This document shows positions 8,701 through 16,714 of a DNA stretch of 32,000 bases, one piece after another; position 1 is the first letter of the stretch; the number at the start of each line of letters is the position of its first letter. Below the pieces are notes generated by a model. That model was not told where the DNA came from and ran no database searches. It saw only the letters and a program-made list of their open reading frames with translations. A program made the translations under genes and the position numbers. The stretch is taken from assembly GCF_000179635.2 (NCBI RefSeq), contig NC_014833.1, positions 3,120,001 to 3,152,000 on the forward strand, in the 5' to 3' direction. Source of the stretch: Ruminococcus albus 7 = DSM 20455 (GTDB lineage: Bacteria > Bacillota > Clostridia > Oscillospirales > Ruminococcaceae).

Positions 8701-9239
8701 ACAGCTTTCAGCGAAAGTCTGTCCACGGTAATATCAGCCGGACGCTCCACCTCGGCTGTAACGGTGATCATACCATTACTATCAGCAGATATATATACAC
8801 CGTCCGCAAGGATATGTTCGGGTGCATACTCATTCAGCCATACATTTCTGTATATTCCTGCTCCCGAATACCAGCGTGAATTTGGTTCAAGGTAGTCTGC
8901 ACGCACAGTTACGGTATTTTCGCCCTCTCTGAGGAATTCGGTGATATCCACATCAAAGGTGGTATAGCCGTACTTGTTCTCCCCTGCCGGCACACCGTTT
9001 ATATAGACCTTTGAATCCATATAAATGCCCTCGAACCTCAGAGAACGCCTCATACCGTCCTTGTTCACACGGAAGGTCTTTCTGTACCAGCCTGTTGAAT
9101 CTTCATAAAGAGCACGGGCATCGTATATCAGCCAATCGTGGGGGATATCAACTTTTTCCCAGCCCGAGGCTTTATCATGATCTGTTCCGGGAGGGTTCTT
9201 GCTGAACTCCCAGTCACTGCAGAAAAGTGTTCTTTTCAT
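5799..9239 (-). CDS. Glycoside hydrolase family 2 enzyme (beta-galactosidase-type), cytoplasmic, 1146 aa
   Basis: It has the GH2 sugar-binding N-terminus, TIM-barrel motifs (NAIRTSHNP and the acid/base region NHPCVIGWSIGNE) and long C-terminal accessory domains. There is no signal peptide. Confidence 0.88.
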   Translation of the reverse strand: MKRTLFCSDWEFSKNPPGTDHDKASGWEKVDIPHDWLIYDARALYEDSTGWYRKTFRVNKDGMRRSLRFEGIYMDSKVYINGVPAGENKYGYTTFDVDITEFLREGENTVTVRADYLEPNSRWYSGAGIYRNVWLNEYAPEHILADGVYISADSNGMITVTAEVERPADITVDRLSLKAVVYDKDGNTVAETSCPCCAVDMSVMPAAVVHKGCKYSVNTMITKADSPELWDITAPHLYNWKVELLKDGKVIDTAEGRLGFRKTEMTCDKGFFLNGRHVKLHGACMHHDLGALGAAVNRCALRRQLVKLREMGVNAIRTSHNPPAAELLELADEMGFMILDEAFDMWELSKTEYDYGRFFSEWCERDVASWVRRDRNHPCVIGWSIGNEIYDTHASERGQEVTSMLKKLVELHDPRGNGFITIGSNYMVSENAQKCADILKIPGYNYAERLYDEHHAAHPDWAIYGSETSSVVQSRGVYHFPRSQSIVSEDDEQCSSLGNSAPGWAARNWEACIIPDRDAEYCAGQFIWTGFDYIGEPTPYATKNSYFGQYDTAGFAKDSAYVFRSAWTSYKDAPFVHIFPYWDFNEGEIIDIRAASNAPRVELYFNGEKIAEGDFDRDTCTQLTLDAQLPYHKGELLAIAYDTDGTELCRDVQRSFGDTAVIRLTPDKHIMKADGCDMIFVDISAYDKDGTFVANANDRVTVEVSGAGRLVGLDNGDSTDYDSYKGTSRRLFSGKLLAMIAAKDVGGDITVKVTSPRLPEAVLTLSAEETGDDSKGYPCVYENRSVPNDFGISEDDIPIRKIELYGREKIFSPEKRQLTFGIKLLPEDATQRDIVLRLTNACGIDSNLGRIVCYDENSVTVECLGDGEFYLRAQAKNGTDKFHIISAVRLTAEGLGRAFNDPYKMVMGGLYTIEHGRVTPGIQKGVNLRSGAWCGFERVDFGSIGSDTVTLPIFANYATPVRIQLWDGTPDNGELLGDYEYYKKSIWLTYQAETYRLKKPLRGVHTISIASQFDLDVQGFVFEQHPKEKAELCAALAENIYGDRFTVENEAVTGIGNNVNICFGSFDFAKSPESFVIKARSELPVNSINLLFKAEDGSEKRILCEFEGAAEYTARRFSADGISGKGTVELVFLPGCDIDLYSLRFE

Positions 9240-9388
9240 ATTCTCTCACTCTCCGTTTTTATTATGGCGGAAACAAACAGTAGTGCCGCCTATATCACAG
9301 TTGCTGCCTTTCAAAAGTGTTACAATGTTACCGTCTTGTAATTACAGCATGAATGCTTTTTTGCTGATCCTATATGCTGCTTATTTAT

Positions 9389-9417
9389 ATTATACAATAT
9401 TCACGTTGTTGCTTCAA
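9389..9417 (-). promoter_or_regulatory. Candidate promoter of the GH2 gene (TTGAAG-17-TATAAT on the minus strand)
   Basis: The reverse complement reads TTGAAG (9412-9417), a 17-nt spacer, then TATAAT (9389-9394). This implies a leader of about 145 nt. Confidence 0.45.
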
Positions 9418-9495
9418 GTGATTATGTAAAAAACTAATTATTAAATATCACAAATAACAACCTTTTCTATTGTGCAAATTGACATCAAATAGTAA

Positions 9496-9524
9496 TTGAC
9501 TTGGATAGGGAATGGTGCTATAAT
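9496..9524 (+). promoter_or_regulatory. Promoter of the lipoprotein gene (TTGACT-17-TATAAT, TGn extended -10)
   Basis: TTGACT at 9496-9501, a 17-nt spacer ending in TGC, and TATAAT at 9519-9524. Confidence 0.55.
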
Positions 9525-9570
9525 GATGTATGTAAAAAAATGAGACATACTCATAGAGGAGGAAACAACC

Positions 9571-10383
9571 ATGAGAAACAAAATACTTACTACACTGATA
9601 TTATCTGCATTACTGACAGCTTCACTGGCATCATGCGGTGATACCAAAGAAAAGAAGGATGACAGCAGCAAGGCTGCAGCAGTCATCACCGATGATGAGA
9701 CCACAAGTGATGAAGAGGTCACCGCAGACGAGGATACGACCGATGTTCCTACCGCTGACGAAGACAGCTCCGCTGCACCTGCTGAAACCACTGACAGCAA
9801 GGCTGAGACCACATCTTCCGCAGCTGATACAAAGTCCCACGAAGAATGGCTGTCACAGATCGAGGCGCATACTTTCGATAACGGCAGCAGCTTCCTTGAG
9901 CTGAATGCTATGGGTCTCGGCAACGTTTATCAGGAGGGCAAGGCATTCGCTGTAGTACCTTCTGACGCAGCTGCCGGCAGCCGCTACTACAAGGTATACA
10001 ATTCTACCGACGGCGGCAAGAACTGGCTGGATTGCGAGGACTACCGCGAGGTAAACGGCGACAATACTCACATCGCACTTGATGACGGCGGACTGCTGCT
10101 GTTCTCAAATCACTCCGCAAGATCCGAGGCTTACCCCATCGTAAGCTACCTTTGCTTTGACGGTATAGGCATAAAGGCTTATGAGCTCAACGAGGTACTG
10201 GCTCAGACCGTACTCGATGACGAAAGACTTCTCAAGGATGTTGAAAACATCGACTACACTGTATCTTACACAGGCGGATACAGCGTTCAGCTCACACTGA
10301 CCGATCCTGCAACAGGCGCGGTAGTATGTGACAGAGAGTTTGACTTTGCTCCATCCATCGAAAGTGCACTCAGCGCTCAGTAA
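9571..10383 (+). CDS. Lipoprotein with an acidic Ser/Thr/Asp/Glu-rich linker and a C-terminal domain of unknown function containing one Asp-box
   Basis: The RBS GAGGAGG precedes the start. The lipobox is LASC. A low-complexity linker of about 70 aa follows. An S-x-D-x-G-x-x-W Asp-box (STDGGKNW) is present. I recognise no catalytic motif. Confidence 0.7.
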   Translation: MRNKILTTLILSALLTASLASCGDTKEKKDDSSKAAAVITDDETTSDEEVTADEDTTDVPTADEDSSAAPAETTDSKAETTSSAADTKSHEEWLSQIEAHTFDNGSSFLELNAMGLGNVYQEGKAFAVVPSDAAAGSRYYKVYNSTDGGKNWLDCEDYREVNGDNTHIALDDGGLLLFSNHSARSEAYPIVSYLCFDGIGIKAYELNEVLAQTVLDDERLLKDVENIDYTVSYTGGYSVQLTLTDPATGAVVCDREFDFAPSIESALSAQ

Positions 10384-10408
10384 TGATCATACATACAGAC
10401 AATATTAT

Positions 10409-10452
10409 GGGGGACAGCGTACCTGATAGTACGGCTGTCCCCCGTTTTTTTA
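10409..10452. terminator. GC-rich hairpin terminator between convergent genes
   Basis: GGGGGACAGCGTAC/GTACGGCTGTCCCCC has one bulge and is followed by GTTTTTTT on the + strand. It is the only strong hairpin between the lipoprotein and SBP 3' ends. Confidence 0.75.
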
Positions 10453-10510
10453 TACTGAGATCATCAGCCGAACTGCTTATGCCGATATTGGCATAAAACA
10501 GTTACGTTCA

Positions 10511-11935
10511 TTATTTTTCAGGAGACTCCATGTTCTCGTTGACTTCCTTGATGATGTAATCAACAGCTGAAGCGTTTTCCTCTACGCAGGTAGTCCAGGT
10601 GCCTGCACCGCCGCCTGTTATCATAGTATACTGGTTAACAGCAGACATCATAGTTTCAAGCTCACTTGAAACGCCATGCTGGAAATCATATACAGGATGC
10701 TCATTAACGAGCCTGTATACCTCGTTTCTCATATCGATCATTTCATCGTTCCACTTGTAGTCATTCCTCAGCTGCTGCTCTGTTACCTGAGAAGCCTCTG
10801 TGTCGCAGACCTTCAGACAGTTCATATAAGCTACTACGCCCATGGGGTTGGGAGCGTTACTTACCATATGGTAACCATCGACTCTGGCTGAAACATAGTG
10901 GGTATCCGAATCATCAAGTCTTGGCATGGGGCAGAACATTATCTCGCCAGCTTCAACATCACCGAAAGGCTTTACGTTTTCAGGTGAATTCTCTATGCCC
11001 CAAAGTCCTACAGGTATAAACAGTGTCTGATAAGTGCCGAGGCCCTCACCTGTTGCACCGTCGCCTCTGGTACTCCAGTTATTGGTAGAACGATCAAATA
11101 CCACATTGTTCTTCTGGAGCTCATACATCAGATTCTGCACCTTTGCAACACCGGGATCCTTCATATTGTTTACCACCTTGCCGTCCACCAGACCTATAAG
11201 GGGCACACCGCAGGTATCGTTAAGTGCCTGACCGTACCAATAGCCGTCCAGAGCGTACAGATCATTTTCCGAATCTGTAAAATCAAGGCACATCTCAGTA
11301 AACTTGCTCCATGTCCACTCGTTGTTGTAGTAGAGCGTAGCAGGATCTTCATATCCGTTGTCCTCAATAGTCTTGGTATTGTATACACATACAAAATTAG
11401 GCGAAGACTTTATCGGTATAACATAATGACCGCCGCCGAAAGTGAATGCATCGCTTGTAGCCTTTACATCAGCCCACAGATCGCTTGAAAGATCTATGTA
11501 ATCATCAACAGGTTCAAACATACCCTTTATAGCGCCCTTTGGGAAACCGTCCATATCAGAAGCCGGGAAAAAGTCAGGTGAATCATTCGACATAACATAC
11601 TTTGCCAGGTCAGTGTAACGATTGTCCCATGTGGTCTGTACAAAATCTATCTTGCCGTTGTAGGTGTCCTTGAACATCTGCAGTCCCGGAGGTGTAACGT
11701 TGCCGTCACCGGGATTGATGTCATAATGCGCCATCCACTTTATAGTGGAATTATCCAGTTTCATTTCAGGCAGCTTGTTTGCAGCCTCATCTACCACAGC
11801 CTGCTGTTCCTCATTGAGCTTTATAGCATTTGCGGAACTATCTTTGGCATCATCGCCGTCTTTTCCGCAGGCAGATATACCTGCACACATCATCAGCGCC
11901 AGTACCCCTGCAAAAACTATCTTCATCTTATTCAT
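10511..11935 (-). CDS. ABC-transporter extracellular solute-binding lipoprotein (carbohydrate type), with no adjacent permease or ATPase genes
   Basis: The lipobox is ISACG. The size (~475 aa) and composition fit family-1 sugar-binding proteins. The start is set at the ATG at 11935 (MNKMKIV), 8 nt after the RBS GAGGAGG. Confidence 0.75.
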   Translation of the reverse strand: MNKMKIVFAGVLALMMCAGISACGKDGDDAKDSSANAIKLNEEQQAVVDEAANKLPEMKLDNSTIKWMAHYDINPGDGNVTPPGLQMFKDTYNGKIDFVQTTWDNRYTDLAKYVMSNDSPDFFPASDMDGFPKGAIKGMFEPVDDYIDLSSDLWADVKATSDAFTFGGGHYVIPIKSSPNFVCVYNTKTIEDNGYEDPATLYYNNEWTWSKFTEMCLDFTDSENDLYALDGYWYGQALNDTCGVPLIGLVDGKVVNNMKDPGVAKVQNLMYELQKNNVVFDRSTNNWSTRGDGATGEGLGTYQTLFIPVGLWGIENSPENVKPFGDVEAGEIMFCPMPRLDDSDTHYVSARVDGYHMVSNAPNPMGVVAYMNCLKVCDTEASQVTEQQLRNDYKWNDEMIDMRNEVYRLVNEHPVYDFQHGVSSELETMMSAVNQYTMITGGGAGTWTTCVEENASAVDYIIKEVNENMESPEK

Positions 11936-11949
11936 GGTCATATCCTCCT

Positions 11950-11991
11950 CTGAAAAAAGACCGAGCGCAGCCATACCATGCGGCTGCGCTC
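11950..11991 (-). promoter_or_regulatory. Terminator-like hairpin inside the SBP leader (possible attenuator)
   Basis: On the minus strand, GAGCGCAGCC-(9 nt)-GGCTGCGCTC is followed by GGTCTTTTTT. This ends just upstream of (essentially abutting) the RBS of the SBP gene. Confidence 0.5.
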
Positions 11992-12158
11992 AATGCCCGC
12001 CGCATATCCCCCTTACCCTATGGAGGATAAGCGGCTCTATCCTTCTTTACAATTTTATGTTATCATAATCTTACGAATTATTCAATCGGCATTGTGCATT
12101 ATAAATTTTTACACTGTTTGTAAATCTTAAATAAAAATGGGCACTTTAATTAACGTAT

Positions 12159-12175
12159 ACGTTTACAGTAAACGT
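12159..12175. promoter_or_regulatory. Perfect 8-1-8 palindrome ACGTTTAC-A-GTAAACGT overlapping a cre/LacI-operator-like AGTAAACGTTTCCA
   Basis: Read directly from the sequence. It lies about 225-240 nt upstream of the SBP start, just downstream of the glgP terminator. Confidence 0.35.
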
Positions 12176-12230
12176 TTCCAGTTCCAGGAAATAAACTATT
12201 TAATGAAAAGTTTACATGACCGTTTCATAC

Positions 12231-12270
12231 ATAAAAAACACACGGTATCCTTTGGCTTGCGGATACCGTG
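12231..12270 (-). terminator. Intrinsic terminator of glgP (second of two hairpins)
   Basis: CACGGTATCC-(10 nt)-GGATACCGTG is followed on the minus strand by TGTTTTTTAT. It is preceded by a perfect 9-bp palindrome, ATAACCGAT-ATCTC-ATCGGTTAT, at 12293-12315. Confidence 0.8.
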
Positions 12271-12320
12271 TTGATCGTTATAAAAAGGCAGAATAACCGA
12301 TATCTCATCGGTTATGAGTG

Positions 12321-14684
12321 CTATATTTTCCAGATATTTTCGGCGTAGTCCTTGATAGTTCTGTCAGAACTGAATTTTCCTGCGTTGCAGATGTTCAGCC
12401 AGCACTTTTTCGCGAAAGCAAGGCTGTCCTTGTAGTCTGCATTAAGACGCAGCTTAGCCTCCACATAGCTTGTAAGATCACCGAGAACATAGTAATGATC
12501 GGGAACGTGCCAGCTTGCACCGTCGGTGAGGGCTTTATAAAGCTCAAGGAATGAACCCTCCTGATCCGAGGGTACACCGCCGTCGGAGAATGTGCCGTCT
12601 ATCAGCTTGTCGAGAACCCGCTTGATCTTTTCATCTTTGAAGAGTATCTCGCGTGGGTCATACTCGGGCATTATCTTAGCAAGTTCTTCCACCCTCGCGC
12701 CGAAGATATACTCGTTCTCCTCCCCTGCTTCTTCGGCTATCTCAACATTAGCGCCGTCATAAGTGCCAAGAGTTACCGCACCGTTCAGCATCAGCTTCAT
12801 GTTGCCCGTGCCGCTTGCTTCCGTGCCTGCTGTTGATATCTGCTCGGATACATCAGCCGCACATACCAGTTTTTCAGCGTATGATACATTGTAGTTCTGT
12901 ACGAATACAACTTTCAGCTTGTCGGCTGTCTCGGGGTCAGCATTGACAAAATCTCCTATCTCGTTGATAAGCTTGATTATCGCCTTAGCCCTGCGGTAGC
13001 CGGGTGCAGACTTAGCACCGAAGATGAATACAGTAGGTGTGAAATCCTTTATACTTCCGTCCTTTATGCCGAAGTAGATATAAAGTATGCTGAGGGCGTT
13101 GAGAAACTGTCTTTTGTACTCATGCAGACGCTTTATCTGAATATCGAATATCCAGTCAGGGTCGATATCCTTGTCATCATGGGTTTTTACAAATTCTGCC
13201 AGCTGATGCTTTTTAGCTTCCTTGATAGCCATGAACTCTTTCAGCACATTTTCGTCATCAGCGTACTTTTCCAGCTTTTTCAGTTCGTCAAGGTCTTTCA
13301 CCCAGTCCGCATTACCGAGGAGCTTGGTTATCAGCGATGAAAGTTCGGGGTTGCACAGTGCCAGCCAGCGGCGCTGTGTTATGCCGTTGGTCTTGTTCTG
13401 GAAACGCTCGGGATATATCTCGTACCACTCTTTGAGAGCGTCATTTTTCAGTATCTCGGTGTGTATAGCCGCAACTCCGTTGACGTAGGAACTTACAAAT
13501 ATCGCCATGAACGCCATTTTCACCTTGCCGTCCCCGATAGGTGCCATATCGCGTATCTGTGCCTTGTCCATGCCGCGTGCATACATATCGGCATAGAATT
13601 TCTCGTTTATCTGGAGTATAACCGCATAAACATCGGGCAGAACTTTTTCAACCACCTTGCTGTCCCACTTTTCAAGTGCTTCTGCCATTATGGTATGGTT
13701 TGTATAGTTGAACACCTTGTGTGCGATACCGAAAGCCGCATCAAAGGTATAGCCCTCTGCTATAAGCTGACGTATAAGTTCGGGAATAGCTATAACGGGG
13801 TGAGTATCGTTCAGCTGTATGGTCACGTAGTCTGCTAAGTTATCCAGTGTGCCGAAACGCGCCTTGTGCTTGCGCAGTGCATCGGTCACGGAAGCCGCCG
13901 AGAAGAAATACTCCTGTTTCAGGCGAAGCACCTTGCCCTTGTCGGTATTGTCATTGGGGTAAAGCACCTTGGAGATATTCTCAGCATCGTTCTGGGATTT
14001 TACCGCGCCGTCGTAATCGCCGCTGTCAAATGCCGCAAAATCGAAATCCTCAGCACTCTCAGCCTGCCAAAGGCGCAGATTGCCGATATTCTTGGTACCG
14101 TAGCCGATTATGGGCATATCATAAGGAACAGCCAGAACTTTCTGGTCGCCGTAGGTTATCTCAACTGCGTCCTCCTCGCGCCTTACTGACCAGGGGTCGC
14201 CGTACTTTGTCCAGTTGTCGGCTTCCTCATGCTGAAAGCCGTCCACGATGGACTGCTTGAAAAGTCCGTATTTGTAGCGTATACCGTAGCCGTCCAGCGG
14301 TATATCATGAGCCGCCGCAGAATCCAGAAAACAAGCCGCAAGTCTGCCGAGACCGCCGTTGCCAAGTGCCGCGTCCTCGATATCTTCAAGCTCGGCAAGG
14401 CTTCTGCCGTGAGCTTTCAGCGCTTCATCAACTACCTCTGTCAGCCCCAGACACAGCAGATTGTTGTACACAGCCCTGCCCATCAGGAATTCCATAGACA
14501 GATACATAGCTCTCCTGCCCGACATATGCTGTTCGGTGCTCTGCTTCCACTGCTCGGAGATATTCTCCATAACAACACGGGATATGCTGTCATGAAGTTG
14601 CCATACCGCGGCATTCTCCGCCGTTACGCCGAAACTGCGGGAAAGTTCGCTTTCAAGAGCGCCCCTGAATTCATTTGTGTTCAT
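12321..14684 (-). CDS. glgP: Glycogen/maltodextrin phosphorylase (GT35)
   Basis: The pyridoxal-phosphate site is EASGTGNMKLMLNGA. The match to alpha-glucan phosphorylases runs the full 787-aa length. Confidence 0.93.
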   Translation of the reverse strand: MNTNEFRGALESELSRSFGVTAENAAVWQLHDSISRVVMENISEQWKQSTEQHMSGRRAMYLSMEFLMGRAVYNNLLCLGLTEVVDEALKAHGRSLAELEDIEDAALGNGGLGRLAACFLDSAAAHDIPLDGYGIRYKYGLFKQSIVDGFQHEEADNWTKYGDPWSVRREEDAVEITYGDQKVLAVPYDMPIIGYGTKNIGNLRLWQAESAEDFDFAAFDSGDYDGAVKSQNDAENISKVLYPNDNTDKGKVLRLKQEYFFSAASVTDALRKHKARFGTLDNLADYVTIQLNDTHPVIAIPELIRQLIAEGYTFDAAFGIAHKVFNYTNHTIMAEALEKWDSKVVEKVLPDVYAVILQINEKFYADMYARGMDKAQIRDMAPIGDGKVKMAFMAIFVSSYVNGVAAIHTEILKNDALKEWYEIYPERFQNKTNGITQRRWLALCNPELSSLITKLLGNADWVKDLDELKKLEKYADDENVLKEFMAIKEAKKHQLAEFVKTHDDKDIDPDWIFDIQIKRLHEYKRQFLNALSILYIYFGIKDGSIKDFTPTVFIFGAKSAPGYRRAKAIIKLINEIGDFVNADPETADKLKVVFVQNYNVSYAEKLVCAADVSEQISTAGTEASGTGNMKLMLNGAVTLGTYDGANVEIAEEAGEENEYIFGARVEELAKIMPEYDPREILFKDEKIKRVLDKLIDGTFSDGGVPSDQEGSFLELYKALTDGASWHVPDHYYVLGDLTSYVEAKLRLNADYKDSLAFAKKCWLNICNAGKFSSDRTIKDYAENIWKI

Positions 14685-14869
14685 TTCTATCTACCCCTTT
14701 CGGAAATATTTTCATACATATTATATCCATTCAGTCGGTGCATACACCGACGATATTTTCAAACGGTTCTTTTGGTATACCAGGACGTGCAGTCGCATCA
14801 TCTATCATGCAAACGCAGTCGAAAGATGCCGCCTGCTTCACGAGGATATGAAAAAAGCTCTGCTCATAT

Positions 14870-15400
14870 TTATTCACTCAGAAAATCGTAATACTCGCTG
14901 TTTCCGAGACCTATGGTCGCCCAGTGAGAAGCTCTTCTCTTTTCAAATTCAAGAACTTCATCATCTATCTCTTCGCCGTCCTCTTCGTACTCCGCTATCA
15001 TCTCATCTATACTCTCTGGGGTGGCATCTCGTGTAATGCCTATGCCTATATCGGGGAAGGCGTAGCTGTAGCCGTCTTCCTCGTCGATGATATCCCCGCC
15101 GTTCTTTTCTGTGAGTATATCCAGAACCTCGTCCGCATCTGTTTCAAATACGTTAGTGCCGTATATCACGGGTCTCAGTTCACCCTCAAAGCCCAGAAAC
15201 TCTATAAATTCCAGCACACCGTCCTTGTCAATATCGAACCTCAGCTCGCTTTCAAAGTAAAAAAGACGTGTGATATCGTCCTCGGTGTATTCATCCTCGG
15301 GCTGCCCGAGGACAGCTTTGATTTCCTCCGCCGATGACCCTAAGCATATCCTTTTGCCGTCAAATTCTATGCCTGTTGTGGGTAATATTGTAATTTTCAT
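14870..15400 (-). CDS. Hypothetical acidic cytoplasmic protein (176 aa), last gene of the DUF4241 cluster
   Basis: The RBS AAGGAGA lies 7 nt upstream of the ATG. The protein is very Asp/Glu-rich, with no TM segment or signal. I recognise no motif. Confidence 0.65.
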   Translation of the reverse strand: MKITILPTTGIEFDGKRICLGSSAEEIKAVLGQPEDEYTEDDITRLFYFESELRFDIDKDGVLEFIEFLGFEGELRPVIYGTNVFETDADEVLDILTEKNGGDIIDEEDGYSYAFPDIGIGITRDATPESIDEMIAEYEEDGEEIDDEVLEFEKRRASHWATIGLGNSEYYDFLSE

Positions 15401-15453
15401 ATCCGGATCTCCTTGTTTTTGGGGTAAGTTTCTGAAATATGTGTATCGCTGTT

Positions 15454-16206
15454 TTATCTGTCACCGCGGCGCAGTTTTTTAAAGAAACTGCCTGTCCTGC
15501 CGCGGGGTTCTTTATTGCCCTGAAGTTCTTTAAGGTCGAAGTCGAATATCATGCAGCAGATATTATCCTCCTTGTCAAAGCCCCAGTATATCGGGTGATG
15601 TCCGCCGCCCTCGCCGTTGAAGAATATAGGGAAATGTGCGTCATCGGCTTCAAGATAGAAATCCATAAGTCCGCTGCAAAGGGGTGCTTCGGTGCAGGTG
15701 CTTTTCTCTAAAAGGCGCTTCTTGCCTTCTTTTTCGTAGTAATCATTACCGCCGTAGTTTTTTCTGAGATATTCCAGCAGATCGGGCATAAGTCCCTGAT
15801 CGGCTACGATTATCGGAGAAGCCGTACAGGATTCATAGAATAATATGCGTCCTGCTTCAAGATCGCTTATGCAGTCAAGTTCCTCAGCAGTTCCGATGAG
15901 TGCAAGTTCATAGCGAACGGCCGGTGCATCGGAAAATACTATCCTCACCGCCGCGTTTCTGCCTGTGGAAGACCTTGCAAGCTCCACAGTATGTGTACCT
16001 GCGGGGGCTCTGTAATAATACTCTATATATCTGCTTTCGTCCGCGATGCTTTCAAGGGGACAAGCAACCATCCGCCCGGAGGTCAGTGTGATACTGCCTG
16101 CTTTTTCGGCACCAAGGTTCTGAAAAAGCGCTTCGTAATCTTTAACAGCCGCTATCTTTTTGCGGTGTCTTTTCACCAGTTTCATGTATCTCTCTTCGTC
16201 AACCAT
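15454..16206 (-). CDS. Divergent DUF4241-like protein (250 aa)
   Basis: It shares the C-terminal GGGHHPIYWGFDKEDNICCMIFDF block and the central NAAVRIVFSDAPAVRYELALIGT block with the paralogue at 16711-17457. The start is set at the ATG at 16206, after the RBS AGGAGG; the longer track ORF would overlap the upstream gene. Confidence 0.7.
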   Translation of the reverse strand: MVDEERYMKLVKRHRKKIAAVKDYEALFQNLGAEKAGSITLTSGRMVACPLESIADESRYIEYYYRAPAGTHTVELARSSTGRNAAVRIVFSDAPAVRYELALIGTAEELDCISDLEAGRILFYESCTASPIIVADQGLMPDLLEYLRKNYGGNDYYEKEGKKRLLEKSTCTEAPLCSGLMDFYLEADDAHFPIFFNGEGGGHHPIYWGFDKEDNICCMIFDFDLKELQGNKEPRGRTGSFFKKLRRGDR

Positions 16207-16237
16207 GATTATCCTCCTATACGCTGTGGGTAGTATA

Positions 16238-16714
16238 TCATGAAATATATACAGAATAATATCCGTCTTTTTCCTCAGCAGCACCGGAAGTGCTGTTGTG
16301 TTCCCTGAAAGGCAGTTCGCCTGTTGTCACAGATGACTCGGCTGAATAGCTTACGCCGTTTTCAGATATCGTGAAGTCGATATCCGCATCCACCAGTTCA
16401 TGCCAGTCCCACTTCTTTATGCGAACCTCCAGCGGCTTGCCGGCACCGTCTATCCGCAGAGAATATGTACCGTATTCGTCGGCTTTTACCGATACTTCGG
16501 CGGTATCGCTATCTGTCTTTACAGTAAAATCATCTTCGCCCGGTACCCTGTTATCTAAGGTGAACTCAAGCGCCTCGGCTTGTGTTCCCTCAACGCGGAT
16601 ATTCAGCTTTATCCTGTCGCCTCGGTGAAAGCGGGGCATGATCAGTGCCGCAGTTACAGCAAGCGCAAGTATTATCACAACAGTGACCGTCAGTGCTATC
16701 TTCTTTGTTTTCAT
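16238..16714 (-). CDS. Single-pass membrane-anchored protein of unknown function (158 aa)
   Basis: The N-terminal TM segment is IALTVTVVIILALAVTAALI, followed by a predicted beta-rich ectodomain. The start overlaps the stop of the upstream gene as ATGA, with the RBS GGAGG 6 nt upstream. Confidence 0.7.
   Translation of the reverse strand: MKTKKIALTVTVVIILALAVTAALIMPRFHRGDRIKLNIRVEGTQAEALEFTLDNRVPGEDDFTVKTDSDTAEVSVKADEYGTYSLRIDGAGKPLEVRIKKWDWHELVDADIDFTISENGVSYSAESSVTTGELPFREHNSTSGAAEEKDGYYSVYIS

Noticed and set aside
9441-9923. Minus-strand 160-aa Ser/Val/Ala-rich ORF overlapping the start of the lipoprotein gene.
   Set aside because: It is antisense to the acidic S/T/D/E linker of a gene that has a strong promoter, RBS and lipobox. 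This is a compositional artefact.
13847-14891. Plus-strand ORFs within and overlapping glgP (13847-14260, Arg/Pro-rich; 14229-14891).
   Set aside because: They are antisense to a full-length, highly conserved phosphorylase. Their composition is biased, and they have no RBS or recognisable motif.
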